A stretch of 64,000 nucleotides of DNA from Chiloscyllium plagiosum. Its lineage: Eukaryota. Below the pieces are notes generated by a model. It searched no databases and was not told the DNA's origin. It saw only the letters and a program-made list of their open reading frames with translations. Within the stretch, counting starts at the first letter, position 1. Each line of letters begins with the position of its first letter. The position numbers were made by a program, and so were the translations under genes. Shown piece after piece: positions 49,105 to 61,927 of this stretch. The DNA lies in NCBI RefSeq assembly GCF_004010195.1, contig NC_057743.1, forward strand, positions 34,801,877-34,865,876, given 5' to 3'.

Positions 49105-49830
49105 AAGAAAGAACTTGCATTTATATAGCACCTATTCACAACCTCAATGCTTTCAGGTCAATCAAATTCTGAAGTTACATGACTGAAACTAGTGTATACA
49201 TGTTAATGAAAGAAAGTATCTGCATTTATATAGTGACCTATTTGCAATCTCAATGCTTTAGGACCAATCAGCTTTTGGAATTGCATTGTTGAAGGTTCAC
49301 TAATGCCCTTAAGGAAAGGAATCTGCCATCCTTACCTGGTCTGGCCTACATGTGACTCCAGACCCACAGCAATGTGGTTGACTCTTAACTATCCCCCTGG
49401 GCAATTCAGAATGGGCAATAAATGTTGGCCCAGCCAGTGATGCCCACATCCCATGAGTGAATAAAGAAACCTAGTATATGGATGTTAATGACAGAAAGAG
49501 CTTGCATTTATATAGTGCCCTAATCACTATGTCTTTGTTTTCGGGTGAACCAAACATGATTGAGGTAAACATGGCAGCTAAACTCAGCAGGCTCCCACAA
49601 ACATCAATGAGATAATTACCAAATAATGTCTTATTTAAGCACTGATGGTAGAGAGATAAATACCAGTCGGAAGAAAACTCTTTCACTCATCTGCAAATAG
49701 TACCTTGGGTCTTTTACGTTCACCCAAGGGGGCAGAGGGGGTCTAAATTTAATATCTACACCCACGCCCTCAGTGCCTCAGCGTTAGCCGTGATTAAGTA
49801 CTCGAGTGTTTTAAAATAAGTTGGGACTTC
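49105..49830 (-). mobile_element. Deu-domain SINE with repeated 3' tails; a second-family SINE is inserted at ~49295-49468 (+)
   Basis: gcatttatatag tail occurs three times (49117, 49222, 49504); Deu core ctcccacaaacatcaatgagataat...aaatagtaccttgggtcttttacgttcacc. Confidence 0.7.
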
Positions 49831-50002
49831 ACTCAGTAATGTGCCAGGCAGTACTAACACTTCAAAGCATTGAGCTGAAATTCCTCTGCTATTTTGGCGA
49901 TAGTATTAACCACTTTACCTTAAACAGCTTAAACACTTTTGTCAGAAACGCAGAGGGAGGAACTTCAGATGAACTTTCCACACGGTGGCAAATAAGCATC
50001 TA

Positions 50003-50675
50003 TTAGACCGTGAGATACAGGAGCAAAAGGCGGCCATTCAGCCCATCCAGTCTGCTGCACCATTCAATGAGATCCTGGCTGGTCTGATAACCCTCTTTCC
50101 TGCCTTTTTTCCCTATAACTCTCGACTCCCTCATGAATGAAAAATCTGACAATTTCAGTCTTGGTTATATTTAATGGCACAACCTCTACAACCCTCTGCA
50201 GTAAAGAACTCTACAGATTCACAACACTCTGAGTGAAGAAATTCCTCCTCATCTCTGTTTTAAATGTGTGGCCCATCTCATTGGATAACAACAGCGCTGA
50301 TGATCTCAGAATTTCTACAAGTGATACATGCAGCTTCTCATCTGTATTTAAATGTTTGTCCATTAGTATTAAGGTCATACAAAATTGAAACAGATCCTTC
50401 GGTCCGACCAGTCCATCCCGACCATAATCCCAATCTAAACTAGCCCCACCTGCCTGCTCCTGACCCATATCCCTCCAAACCTTTCTTAGTCATGGATTAT
50501 CCAAATGTCTTTTAAACATTGTAATTGTACCCATATCCACCAGTTCCTCAGGAAGTTCATTCCACACGCGAACCACCCTCTGTGTACAAAAGTTGCCCCT
50601 TGTGTTTTTTTAAAATCTCTCTCCTCTCACCTTAAAAATATACCCCCTAGTCTAGAAATCCCACATTTTAGGGAA
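50003..50675 (-). mobile_element. Two CR1 LINE 3' ends (50003-50280 and 50372-50675)
   Basis: FKTEMRRNFFTQSVVNL and the HER1-type 3' UTR. Confidence 0.85.
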
Positions 50676-53402
50676 ATTCTTTAATTTGACAGGGTAGTGT
50701 CATAACTTGTCGACATCACACCCAGTGGTTACTTGCCTCATGCTGTCCAATCAGGAAACAAGAATTGTCTGTGGTTGCATAGATATTTGTAACCCACATA
50801 ATCTCATCTCGCCAAAGTAGGAGATATGATATCAAAACGCAGCAGCTTATGACCTCAATGGAAAAGGGTTCTCACGAAAATAAAACTACTCCTGACTTGA
50901 CAAGAATCCAAGATAATTAATAGGTGCTGGCTGCGCCCAAACATTCACCGACTTGTCACTCCAACCAAATATTGTAAATCTGTCTCCTTCATCCTACCAG
51001 AACAATTTTTCAAGGCTATGTGTACTCCAAAGCAAAACATTCACATTCCACTTCCCTTTGATCACTGCTCTACCTGAATGTTAAGAAAACGTTTCTTGCA
51101 ACATTAGGAGATGGAAAACTGAGGCCAGGATAAAATTGAAGTGAATTAATATTTCCTGATCGACATGTTCAGCAATGTTATTCCAAAGGTCTGGAACAGG
51201 TATAACTTGAACCTAGGCCTCCCAGCCAGAAGGTATGGACACTACTACCATGCCACAAGACCCTTACCATTAGCTAATGTAGATGGTGTTTTCATAAATC
51301 GATTTAGAGATGTTATGACACACTGCTGGACTGGGTGAGACTTGAATCGAGGCCACCTAGCCCAGAGGTACAGACACTGTGCCATAAAGTGAGATTATCT
51401 ACTCAGTTAAAAGCATAGTCCATCAGTCAAGGAAATTACGCTTAATCTGTACTCTTAACGCCATACATTTATCTTTGTGCCAGACCCTTCTCCATAACTC
51501 TGCGCAGTTCGACAAATTCAAATGACAAAAAGAGTGTGGAGGTTGTGTTTGATGAGTGAGGGCTGTGGGGAATGGAAAGAGAAGAAATGTTGCAGTGTAA
51601 GCTATGAGTTGGAATGCAATTCCTGAAAGGGTGCTGGCTGAAGTTTCAATATTTCTACAGAGAGCTGGAAATTGAATTGAACTGAAAAGGAAATTGCAGG
51701 TGTGTGGAGAAAGTGTGGCAGAATGGAACGAAATGGATAGCGCTTTCATCGAACTAGCAGGGCTTGATGGGCCAAATCACTTCCGGCTGTGCTGCACAGT
51801 ATAAGGATTCTAATAGCCAAACACATTATTCCCATTACACCACTACCACTCAAATGGATAGTATAACAGCATCTGTGCGATACTGAAGTGTCACCTTTTG
51901 TATGGAATCAATGTTGGACTAACCCTGAGGGTGTAATTAAAAGCCACACTAATCCTCGAGCTATTGATGGAGTGTCGCAGACAAATAGGCACTGAACAAT
52001 CACCAACAAACGACCTCAAAATTTGTGGCCACTTAGTGCGCAGGGGAGAGCATCCAGCACCCTTGAAAGCATTATCCAGAGTGATTCAAGCTTTCAGCAC
52101 AGGGGCAGGGAAACGATGAGGCAAAAATACTTACTACCAAAAAGTGGATCCAACAACATCACTACAATAAAAGCCAGAACAAAACTGCATGTATTTCACA
52201 ACTATTCTTCTCTCCTCAATTCCCCCCTGTCCATACCTAAAGGCACAACTTCCTTGCTGAAGGAGTAGGTTGTATATTCCAGTGACCACCTGGTATCTGC
52301 TTTAGGCTCAGTAAACACTATTCAATCATGAGAGATCATAAAATAGCATCAAACACCACACAAACATTTAACCACAAGGGTCACTTGCTAATAATTAGAT
52401 GCGTGACCCTTGGCCAGGTTTCCTCTCCCTATCTCGGTGGTGGGGGTTGGGGGGGGGGGGGGTTTACTAATGATCCTGTCGATGCCTGGCCTCTTTTGTT
52501 TTGTTAATAAGCCTTGTTGGTCGACCACAGACTGCAACACAACAACTTCCTTGTGAACTGGACAACATGTTTAGTTGCCACAGAAATCTGCCAATACTCT
52601 CCATGATGAATATACCTTTCATACTGAATGTCAGACTTTATACACAAGGTATACAAAATCTGAACTCTCCTCAAACACGTATGCCAGAGTTCCAGTTTTC
52701 TGACCCAGAGACGCCCAAAGAATTTACAAAGTAAACATAGTAGTCAAGCAAATACTAGTCTTGCAAAACTTCCAAAACACATCAATTATTTGGCCTCTTA
52801 TTTGGCAGTAATTTCTAAGAAAACTTATGCACAAGCAGTAACTTGAGACAGAGTGAACCATGATAATGTCAAACTTTGTAACCATGCTTCCGACTTCACT
52901 CCATCCATGAGCAATGCCACAGGATGTAATCAAGAGTCCAACTTCTTGCACATCACCAATCAAATCTGTGGGATTGCATGTTAAGCCAGGCCTAGAATAG
53001 ACAAACTTTTCTCATTAACACAAAGACCTTGCTGGTTTGGTAAAATAGACAGTGAAGATCCCTTGTAAAAAGCAATTGCCTGAAATGATTTATGCCACTG
53101 CAATTATTTTTCACAAATTTCTGGAAACATTTTTCTTTCTAATGCAGATGAATAATTAGTGGTATATCATTAATAAGATAACACATTCATTAGGAAGTTT
53201 CTAAAAATCTATCTAACTTCATGGAAAGTTTCCCATTGACTTAGAAATTCTTCAGAATTTCAGACAGATTCTGATCAGGGCCCTGATATGACATTAGGAA
53301 AGAAAATTAGAGCATTTAGAATGAAGAGGGGAATGAGAGTGGGGGAATACTTTGGCATGGATTGAGAGATTAATGTAAAGAAAATACAAGAGTAGGAATA
53401 AA

Positions 53403-53730
53403 TGGAGAGCCACACAATGGCTCAGTGATTAGCACTGCTGCCTCACAGTGCCAGGGACCCGGGTTCAATTCCAGTCTCGATCATCTGTCTGTGTGGATAT
53501 TGCATGTTCTCCCTGTCTCTGCATGGGTTTACTCCCACAGTCCAAAGATATGCAGGTTAGATGGATTGGCTGTGTTCAATTGCCCAATGTATTTAGGGAT
53601 GTGTAGGTTAGGTGGATTAGCCATGGGGAATGTAGAGTTACAGGCATAGGATAGAAGCTGTGTCTGGGTGAGATGCCATTCAGAGGATCAGTATGGACAT
53701 AATAGGCCGAATGGTCTGCTTCCACACTGC
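53403..53730 (+). mobile_element. HE1-type SINE
   Basis: tggctcagtgattagcactgctgcctcacagtgccagggacccgggttcaattcc... Confidence 0.88.
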
Positions 53731-53734
53731 AGTT

Positions 53735-54680
53735 TTCAAGTTGGCAGGCTGGGGTACTATAAGGATCAATGTTGAAACTCAGCTATTCATGATCTATCCA
53801 CGAATTGAATGTGGGAACGAAATGTAATATTTCCAGGTTTGTAGATGACATTAAACTCAGCGTGAGTGTGATTTGCAAGGAGGATGCAAAGATGCTTCAA
53901 GGGGATTTGGCGAGGCAAAGTGAAATTTGGCAGATGGATTACGATATGGAGAAAGGTGCGGTTATCCACTTTGGGAGAAAAAAAAAGCATAAATACAGGG
54001 CACATCTTAAACAGTGAGAAACATTGAATTTCAGAGGGCCTAGTTCATAAGTCACTGAAATTAAACATACAGGTACATCAAGCCATTGAGAAGGTAAAAT
54101 GATCTGTTGGCCTTTATTACAAAAGGATTTCGGTACAGAAATAAAGGTGTCTTACTGCAATTACACCCAGCCTTGGTGAGACCACACCTGCTGCAGCTTT
54201 GATCGCCTTACCTATAGCAAGATATACTCATCATAGAGGGTGTACAATGAACGTTCACCAAACTAATCCCCGGGATGGAGAAAGAAGAAATAGATAGTGC
54301 CTTCACTCTCTAGACTTTAGAAAAATGAGAGGGGGTCTCATTCGCAGATTACAGAATTCTTGTAGAGATTGACAAAAATGCAGGGAAGATGTTTCCTATT
54401 GCTGGGGGTTTCTAGAACGAGGAGAGAGATGCTCTCAGAATGGGGGGGAAAGGCCATTTATTATCAGCGATGAGGAGGAACCGCTTCACTCAGAGTGTGG
54501 AAAATCTTTGAAATTCTTTTCCCTCGAGGGCTTTGGAAGCTCAGTCTTTGCGTATATGTCTTTATACAAGTCAAAACCATTGGGATAGTGCAGTAGAATG
54601 GATTTGCAGGTAGAAGATGAGTCAAAATCTCATTGAAGGGCAGAGTGGATGCAAAAGGCTTCGCCTGCTCCTATTCCTTA
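53735..54680 (+). mobile_element. Old CR1 LINE RT and C-terminal fragment
   Basis: ORF 53805-54017 CNISRFVDDIKL...WQMDY...VIHFGRK. Confidence 0.85.
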
Positions 54681-55289
54681 TATTGTGCCCCAGAGTATGT
54701 AACCTATAGTTTTCAACTTGTCTTGCATCCATGTGTACTGAAGCAGTAAAAACCTGCAAAACAGAGTGTGTGGGATGAGGCACCTGATGAGTCAGGTCTA
54801 GAACCTCTTGTGGCTTTGGAACTCATGAGTAAAGCGGACCTGAGGTCACCTTACCTCAAACCCCCATCTCACCCCCTCAGTAATTTTGCATGCATCAAAT
54901 ATTCTGCCTTCGCTGTTTTGTTCCTATTATTAAATTTCACAACGCGGCCACTTTGAACATCAGCTCTGCTTTCAGGCTGGGTCTCTCTCTCTGAGTTACT
55001 CCATCGTCCTGCCAATACCACTGGATGATTGGGTCAATTTCTTCTTTCTTCTGGATCAATCTGCATGGAGAGGAAATGCTCCCCATCCCATTCGATTCTC
55101 AACCCCATCAGTCCTCGCCCACATTTGTGCTACCTCTTGATTGTTTCAATGCACTCATCTGTTCCACTCTCCATAATTTAAGTTCATCGAAATCTCAAAT
55201 GCCTGTGTCCTTTCTTCCACCAGTTTGCCCATCACCCTTGCACTCAAATGTTGAATGCCAATCGAGCAACGACTTGTTTTTTGTAATTC

Positions 55290-55660
55290 TTACCCAACTT
55301 TTCAAGTTCTTCAATGACTTAGCTCTTACTCACTTCTATGGTCCAGCCCTCTAATGGTCAGTGATAACTCTGCTCTTCCAATCTGGCTTTGTATGCATCC
55401 TAAGTTTAATTGCTCCATTACTGATGGCCATAATCAATCCCTGTACTCTGGAGATCGCTCCCTAAACCTCTCTGCCTCTCCACCTTGTTTCTTCCTGTAA
55501 AATACTTCCAAATAAAATCCACCTCTTTGAGCAAGCTTCTGGTCGCCACTCCTAATATGTGGGTCAGTGCCACGTTTTGTTGGTAATGCTCTTATGAAAT
55601 GCCTTAGGACAAAAAAGGTGCTATAAAAATGCATGCTGCCAATGGTGCTGCTGTTGTCAG
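55290..55660 (+). mobile_element. L2-type LINE 3' end
   Basis: ctccctaaacctctctgcctctc...cacctctttgagcaagc...aaggtgctataaaaatgca. Confidence 0.65.
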
Positions 55661-56295
55661 GGATCAGAACAAATGTTTAACTGAGGGAAATAGGATCAAA
55701 AGGTTACAATTTAACCTTGGACCCTAGATGTTGAAGATTCAGGCAGTAGAACTGCACTAATGTCCTTATTCCTTTCAATTTTTCACTATTATATTAACTG
55801 CCACCGCACAGTCTGAAACTGGCTTATTTCGGATATTAATGTAATAAAATCACCAAGGCCAGTGATTTATGGCTTACACAAAACAAACAGACAAATCTGC
55901 TGCATTCAATCCCTGAAATGCTGTGAAAATCCCAGAATCCTACTTAATAAAATTGTAATTTGACTTCTCCACGCACCAGAAACTGGAGTACCCGAAAATC
56001 ACTTTTCACTACCTCCTTCCCACTGTCAACACATAGAAACAAAACCCTTAAAAAAGAATCATCAACAGTTATCGCGAGCTAGTGTACACCCCACCGTCCC
56101 CCAAAAAAACAAGAACAAGGCAGGTTTAGATGGAACCCATTTCAAGAGAGTCAGACAAATAAAGGTTGACAGTAAAAGGTCTTCATTGTTTGTGATTTTC
56201 TCACAGTGTCGTAAGAAGGTGAAAACAATGGTTTCTTGTAAATAATTGAGTAGCTTGGTGTGCTGGCCCATCAGTCAGGAAAAGAAGATCCCAGG

Positions 56296-56882
56296 ATGTG
56301 GCTGTAAGTTTGCTCACTGAGCTGGAAGGTTAATTTTCAGATGTTTCGTCACCATACTAGGTAACATCCTTAGTGAGCCTCTGGTGAAGCGCTGGTGTGC
56401 TGTCCCTCTTTCTATTAATGTGTTTCGGGTTCCTTGGGTTGGTGATGTCATTTCCTGCATTGATGTCATTTCCAGTATTGGTGATGCCATTTCCTGTTCT
56501 TTCTCTCCAAGGGTAGTGGATGGGGTCCAAGTCAAAGTGTTTGCTGATAGAGTTCTGGTTGGAATGCCATGCTTCTAGGAATTCTTGTGTGTGTCTCTGT
56601 TTGGCTTGTCCTAGGATGGATGTGTTGTCCCAGTCGAAGTGGTGTCCTTCCTCATCTGTATGTAAGGATAATAGTGAGAGTGGGTCATGTCGTTTTGTGG
56701 CTAGTTGGTGTTCATGTATCCTGGTGGCTAGTTTTCTGCCTGTTTGTCCAATGTAGTGTTTGTTAAAGTCCTTGCAAGGTAGGTTGTAAATGACATTCAT
56801 TTTGCTTGTTGTCTGTTTCGGGTCTTTTAAGTTCACCATCTGCTGTTTAAGTGTGTTGGTGGGCTTGTGGGCTACCATGATG
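56296..56882 (-). mobile_element. Penelope-like element 3' part (family D) encoding a GIY-YIG endonuclease
   Basis: ORF 56357-56878 NVIYNLPCKDFNKHYIGQTGRKLATRIHEH...EFLEAWHS; hammerhead-like ctaaggatgttacc-tagtat-ggtgacGAAAc at 56373-56343. Confidence 0.9.
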
Positions 56883-57999
56883 ACCCCAGTTTGGACATCT
56901 CATGCAGGATGAGTTGCAAGGACAGCTGAGTGGAGGGGAAGGCGAAGGCAAGAGAAGCAGCTTTTCCTCCCCCCCTACCCCTCCACCATCGGGGGAGAGG
57001 TTTAAATGGAACCCATTTCAAATCCTGCCTGCCTAATTTCACATTCTGCTGAAGTCAACCAAAAGTGGACATCTGACTGAAACCCACCCTGTTCCTGATT
57101 CTTACCAAGCACGTCCGATGGAGGAACAGTTTTTTAAAGGTGCGTGCCACAAGACTGAATCATACAGAGTACTCGGAACGTTTGAAGCAACAAACTGCAA
57201 GCCATGAACCAAATGTTGGTTGTTTCAGGAACGTGACTGACTACAAAATCAAATTTGTGCCTTCCATCAGCGATGGCCACCAAACCTAGACCAACAGAAA
57301 CCACACCAAGCAAACAGAAGAGGCAGTGACTCAGACAGAGGTCTGTGGGATGTGTATCTGTCCCCAGTATCTCATTCTCCTCCTGTAACAGCATTGATTC
57401 CAAACTTCAATCACCTATTTAACCCGGAGAAGCATCTCCATCAAGACAAAACTTATGTTTACCGGAAGTCCTGACGTGTCTTCTTCAGCAGTAGTTAGAG
57501 CTAAGGGACTGGGAATCATAACCATTTAAGAAATAGGAGAAAGCAGAACTATCATCTAGACCTGTGTCATAAACCTCTTTTAACCCACTCAATAGAATCC
57601 CATTGACCTTTCTGCTTGAACTCCACTTTCAGACCTCTCCCAATATCTCTCAAGCAGCTCAACTTCCTTACGAGAAACCGTGCTTTTCATCTTCTTACAA
57701 CGCAGTGGGACAATCGCAAATAATGTCAACCTCGTCTCAGTCCCAACTTCATCTGTCCAACTTTGCCAATACCACATTAGTTTGTTTTTTGATGTATCGT
57801 TCCAGCATTATCACCTCCACTACTCTATTACTTTCTCTTTCAAACAAATGTACTAAATTGCACCAAAAAAAACTGAGAACAGCAGAGACCATTATATAAC
57901 CACAGAATCCCTAAATGTAGAAGTAGGCCATTCAGCCCATCGGGTCTACAACAACCATCCGAACAGCATTCATCCCAGGCCCACGCCCCACCTTTTTAT

Positions 58000-58486
58000 T
58001 ATAGACAAAGATATATCATGATAGAGAGATAGACAGACAGGCAGACTGAATAATAGGTCGACAGATAGACCGAGAGACAGATAGTTAGATTGATAATTAG
58101 ATAGACTAATAGACAGATAGATTACAGCGGTGCTGGAAAAGCACAGCAGGTCAGGCATTATCCGAGGAGTAGGAAAATCGACGTTTCGGGCAAAAGCCCT
58201 TCATCAGGAATAAAGGCAGGGTGCCCTCCACTCTGCAGGCCCCCTGCCTCTATTCCTGATGAAGGGCTTTTGCCCAAAACGTCGATTTTCCTGCTCCTCA
58301 GATGCTGCTTGACCTGCTGAGCTTTTCCAGCACCACTCTAATCTAGACTCTGGCTTCCAGCATCTGCAGTCCTTGTTTTTACCTGACAGACAGATAGACA
58401 GATGGGTAGATTAATAAATAGATAGACTGATAGAAAGACAGATAGATATTACGACAGATATATAAGATATAGATATGATTATAGAT
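58000..58486. repeat. (GATA/GACA)n microsatellite interrupted by a PLE fold-back element
   Basis: Degenerate GATA/GACA runs at 58000-58120 and 58385-58486. Confidence 0.8.
58119..58384. mobile_element. Penelope-like family A fold-back element with hammerhead cores on both strands
   Basis: Arms ~58119-58221 and ~58241-58345; intact minus-strand core CTGATGAagggcttttgcccGAAAcgtcg; ends tttttacct. Confidence 0.85.
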
Positions 58487-59074
58487 CAACCCTACTACAT
58501 ATTTGACTTTTCACTACATCCCTCAATCTCATTGTGCCCCAGGCACTCATCAAATTGCCTCTTGAACCCACTTGTACTGTTCCTTTCCCTCGTAATTTAT
58601 TCCACTTGTCTATTACCCTTGTGGGTCGTACTTATCCAACTGACTTCCTTTCTTATTCCCAGGTTGCTTTCCCCTTCTGTTCTTCGCTGTCAGGCACTGC
58701 ACACTGGGAGTTTGGTGCCAAATCCTTTAGAAAAAGTTTTGAAACAAGAGAGTAGCAGGGCCAGCCGGCTGTTAGTTACTAAGCAACCTTCTGAAATTCA
58801 GTCAATCATTCTGCGATTTTTTTTTTCCCAGAGCTGGAAGTAGCTGTAAGCCTATTTTAAAACTGCAGAAGAATTCCCTCATTCCTCTCCTGTTTTACAT
58901 GGTTCCTGCATCATGAACCCATCAAAAATCAAAAGTACCCCTTCTCCCAGCAACATTGGTGACCTCTGACCTAACCTGGCCTTAGGTCAGGGGTGAACAA
59001 GACGATTGTGATCAGGCCTCGTCACTCAGGGCGCCAGGAAAAGCTCAGCGAACAGAAATATTTGATCTAGGGAA

Positions 59075-59900
59075 CACAGTTTAAGATTAAGACTGGGATG
59101 AGGAGAGATTCTCTCACCGAAAGGGTCACTGGCCTGTTGCATTCTCTTCCCCAGCAAACAGTGGTGACTGGGTCATCAAATTTATTCAAGATTGAGCGAG
59201 ATAGACTCTTTATAGACAAGATAGCCCAGAGGTTGAAGAAGGGTGGTGGCAGAGGAGGGGTGGGGGTGGATGAAACCTCAACCAGAACCACCATGATCTT
59301 GCCAAATGGCAGAACAGGTCAAATGGACTACCCTGTTCTTAAATGCTATCTTTCTAAGTATCACTGGAGGCAACAACTCTCTGTTCCTGCCCTGTTTTTC
59401 ATGAGATCCCTATATTTAAAGGAGAATATACTTGCAGCGGAGATGACAAAGCAGTCTAGATTCACTGGATCAGTTCCTAGAATGATTACCTCTGTCAACT
59501 GTACCAATATTCTCTGGAGCTTAGAAGAGTGAGAGGTGGTGATCTTTTTAATACACACAAGTTTCTGAAGTGGCTTGACTGACAGACATAAAAAAGCATT
59601 ACCCACTGACTGAGAGCTCAAAATCTCAGGAAGAAGAGCTGATCGTTGAGGACTGAGACGAGGAAATATTTCTTCACTCAGAGGGTTATGAACCTTTAGA
59701 ATTCTCTGCCCCAGAGAGCTGTGGCTGCTCCATCGCTTAATTATACTCAAGGTTGAGATTTCTGGTCTCTTGGGAAATTAAGAGATGTAGGGAATGGGCA
59801 GAAAAGTAGAGTTGAGGCCAATGATCTACCATGGGTCATACTGAATGGTGGAGCAGGCTTCAGTGGCTGAATGGTGTACCACTGTTCCTATTCTTTATGC
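59075..59900 (+). mobile_element. Two old CR1 3' fragments
   Basis: MRRDSLTERVTGLLHSLPQ and gacgaggaaatatttcttcactcagagggttatgaacc. Confidence 0.75.
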
Positions 59901-60782
59901 TCCCTCATTGATCCACTCTGTTTATTAAAAGCTCTCACCATGTTACTGCTCTGAAGCTAGATTCGGTTCCTGGTCCAATTGTTGGCATCAATCAAGCTGC
60001 TCAAAGATTTGACAAAGCTGAAAACGGAACAATTTCAACCAGTCAGATATCCATTTATCAAACCTAAATAAGAGTTCTGGTTCTGTTCAAATGTCTGTTT
60101 CCATCATCATTTGCATTACTGATCACATTGCCTATGATCAAGTTGAACCACAACCAACCTGTCCCTGTGGGACACAGTGATTTCTACATGATCACAAGAT
60201 ATGAAATTTGATGATCCAATATCTGACCAATAGGACAAACCCGGATCCAGCACGTTCAAACACATTCATTTTCAAACAGGTCATGATGACCTACAAAACA
60301 CCACTGCAAGTACAATTGATGGAGGCTACGAATATTTTGCATGCCATGCTATACTGTAGTTTGCTTCAACAATGAAAATCCCAAAATACAGCCGCCACTT
60401 ACAAGCAGATGGAGCTCACATATTTTCTGTGACAAAAAACTGTGATCAATCAATCGATGAGCACAAAAGCATCTCCATGACTCATTACCTCTTTGCTGTT
60501 CTCCAGATACAAGCTCCAGGGTATTGTGTTAAAGTGACACCCAGGTCTGTGTGTCCATGAAAGCCCAAGTTCCACAGCATTTTCCTGCATAGAGTTCCAG
60601 GCAGTTTTCTTACAAGTGGGAGGGGTCAGCATCAGCCCCTCCTGAAGCCTAGCAGTGGGCTGGCCAATTAAACTTCAGCAGTGGACAAGCAGGATAGGAG
60701 GCATTTGCATGGAACGGGAACACAAATTACTTTGAACAAGGTTACCACAATAAAAATGCAGGAGGCAGTAATTGTGCTTATC

Positions 60783-60935
60783 TATAAAGGTAAAGTCACC
60801 ATAGTCCTACTCTTGACAACTGGTGGTGGTTTAACCCTGAGGGTCACCACACCTCAGGTGAGGTTGAGAAGGCAGAAGCTTCATGGTAACCTCAGCCAGT
60901 GTGGGAATTGAATCCATGCTGTTGGCATTGCAAGC
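60783..60935 (-). mobile_element. SINE fragment with a tRNA-like head and an (ACCTTT)-type tail
   Basis: Tail aaaggtaaagtcaccatagtcc and B-box-like ggattcaattccc on the minus strand. Confidence 0.45.
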
Positions 60936-61164
60936 CTGTGGATGGCCATCAACACGGTGAAAAATGTTCTTTGGTCAGACCAAAACTAGTTGGTCTTGCA
61001 GAGCAAGGAATTGACCCTGGCTGAGTTTTGCAAACTGACACATCCCAAGGTCCAGGACTACGTGCTGAGGGATGAACTAAAGCTCAGGACAGCTGTCACC
61101 AAGGCCCAGTGGGGAAAGACCATTGTCTGAGGTCTTTCTGCTGAAGTTAAATGGGGAGTCTACC

Positions 61165-61927
61165 TGGTCAGGTCTACGCCCCCTAACAAGCCACCTTCCC
61201 CTGCCACCGCAGGAATTGCAAAACCTGCACCTACACCTTCCCCCTTACCACCGTGCAAGGTCCCAAAGGGGCCTTCCACATCGATCAAAGTTTCACCCGC
61301 ACTTTCACCCATGTTATTTATTGTATCCACTGCTCCCGATGTAATCTCCTCTACACTGGGGAGACTGGACACCTTCTCACAGAGCACTTCAGAGAACATC
61401 TTCAGGACACCCGCACTAATCAACCCCCCCCCCCCGCCCCATGGCCGAACATTTCAACTCCCCCTCCCACTCTGCCGAGAACATGTAGGTCCTGGGCCTC
61501 CTCCATCACCACCCGACGCCTGGAGGAAGAACGCCTTATCTTCTGCATCAATTTGGACTTCACCAGTTTCCTCATTTCCCGTCTCCCCACCTTACCCCAG
61601 TTCCAACATTCCAGCTCAGCACCGTCCTCATGACTTGTCCTACCTGTCAATCTTCCTTCACACCTATCCACTCCACACTCCCCTCTGACCTATCACCTTT
61701 ACCCCCACCTCCATCCACCTATTGCACTCTCAGCTACCTTCTCCCCAGCCCTACCCCCTCCCATTTATCTTTCCACACCCAAGGCTCCCAGTCTCATTCC
61801 TGATTAAGAGCTCCAGCCCAAAACGTCAATTTTCCTGCTCCTCGGATGCTGCCTGATCTGCTGGGCTTTTCCAGCAACACACTCTCAACTGTGATCTCCA
61901 GTGTCTGCAGACCTTATTGTCTCCTTA
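61165..61927 (+). mobile_element. Penelope-like element 3' part (family A) with a GIY-YIG remnant
   Basis: ORF 61253-61633 HVIYCIHCSRCNLLYTGETG...FREH...RLEEERLIF, followed by the family A terminal repeat. Confidence 0.88.

Noticed and set aside
54855-55060. Minus-strand segment with good acceptor and donor
   Set aside because: Stop codons in all three frames; at most a non-coding pseudo-exon.
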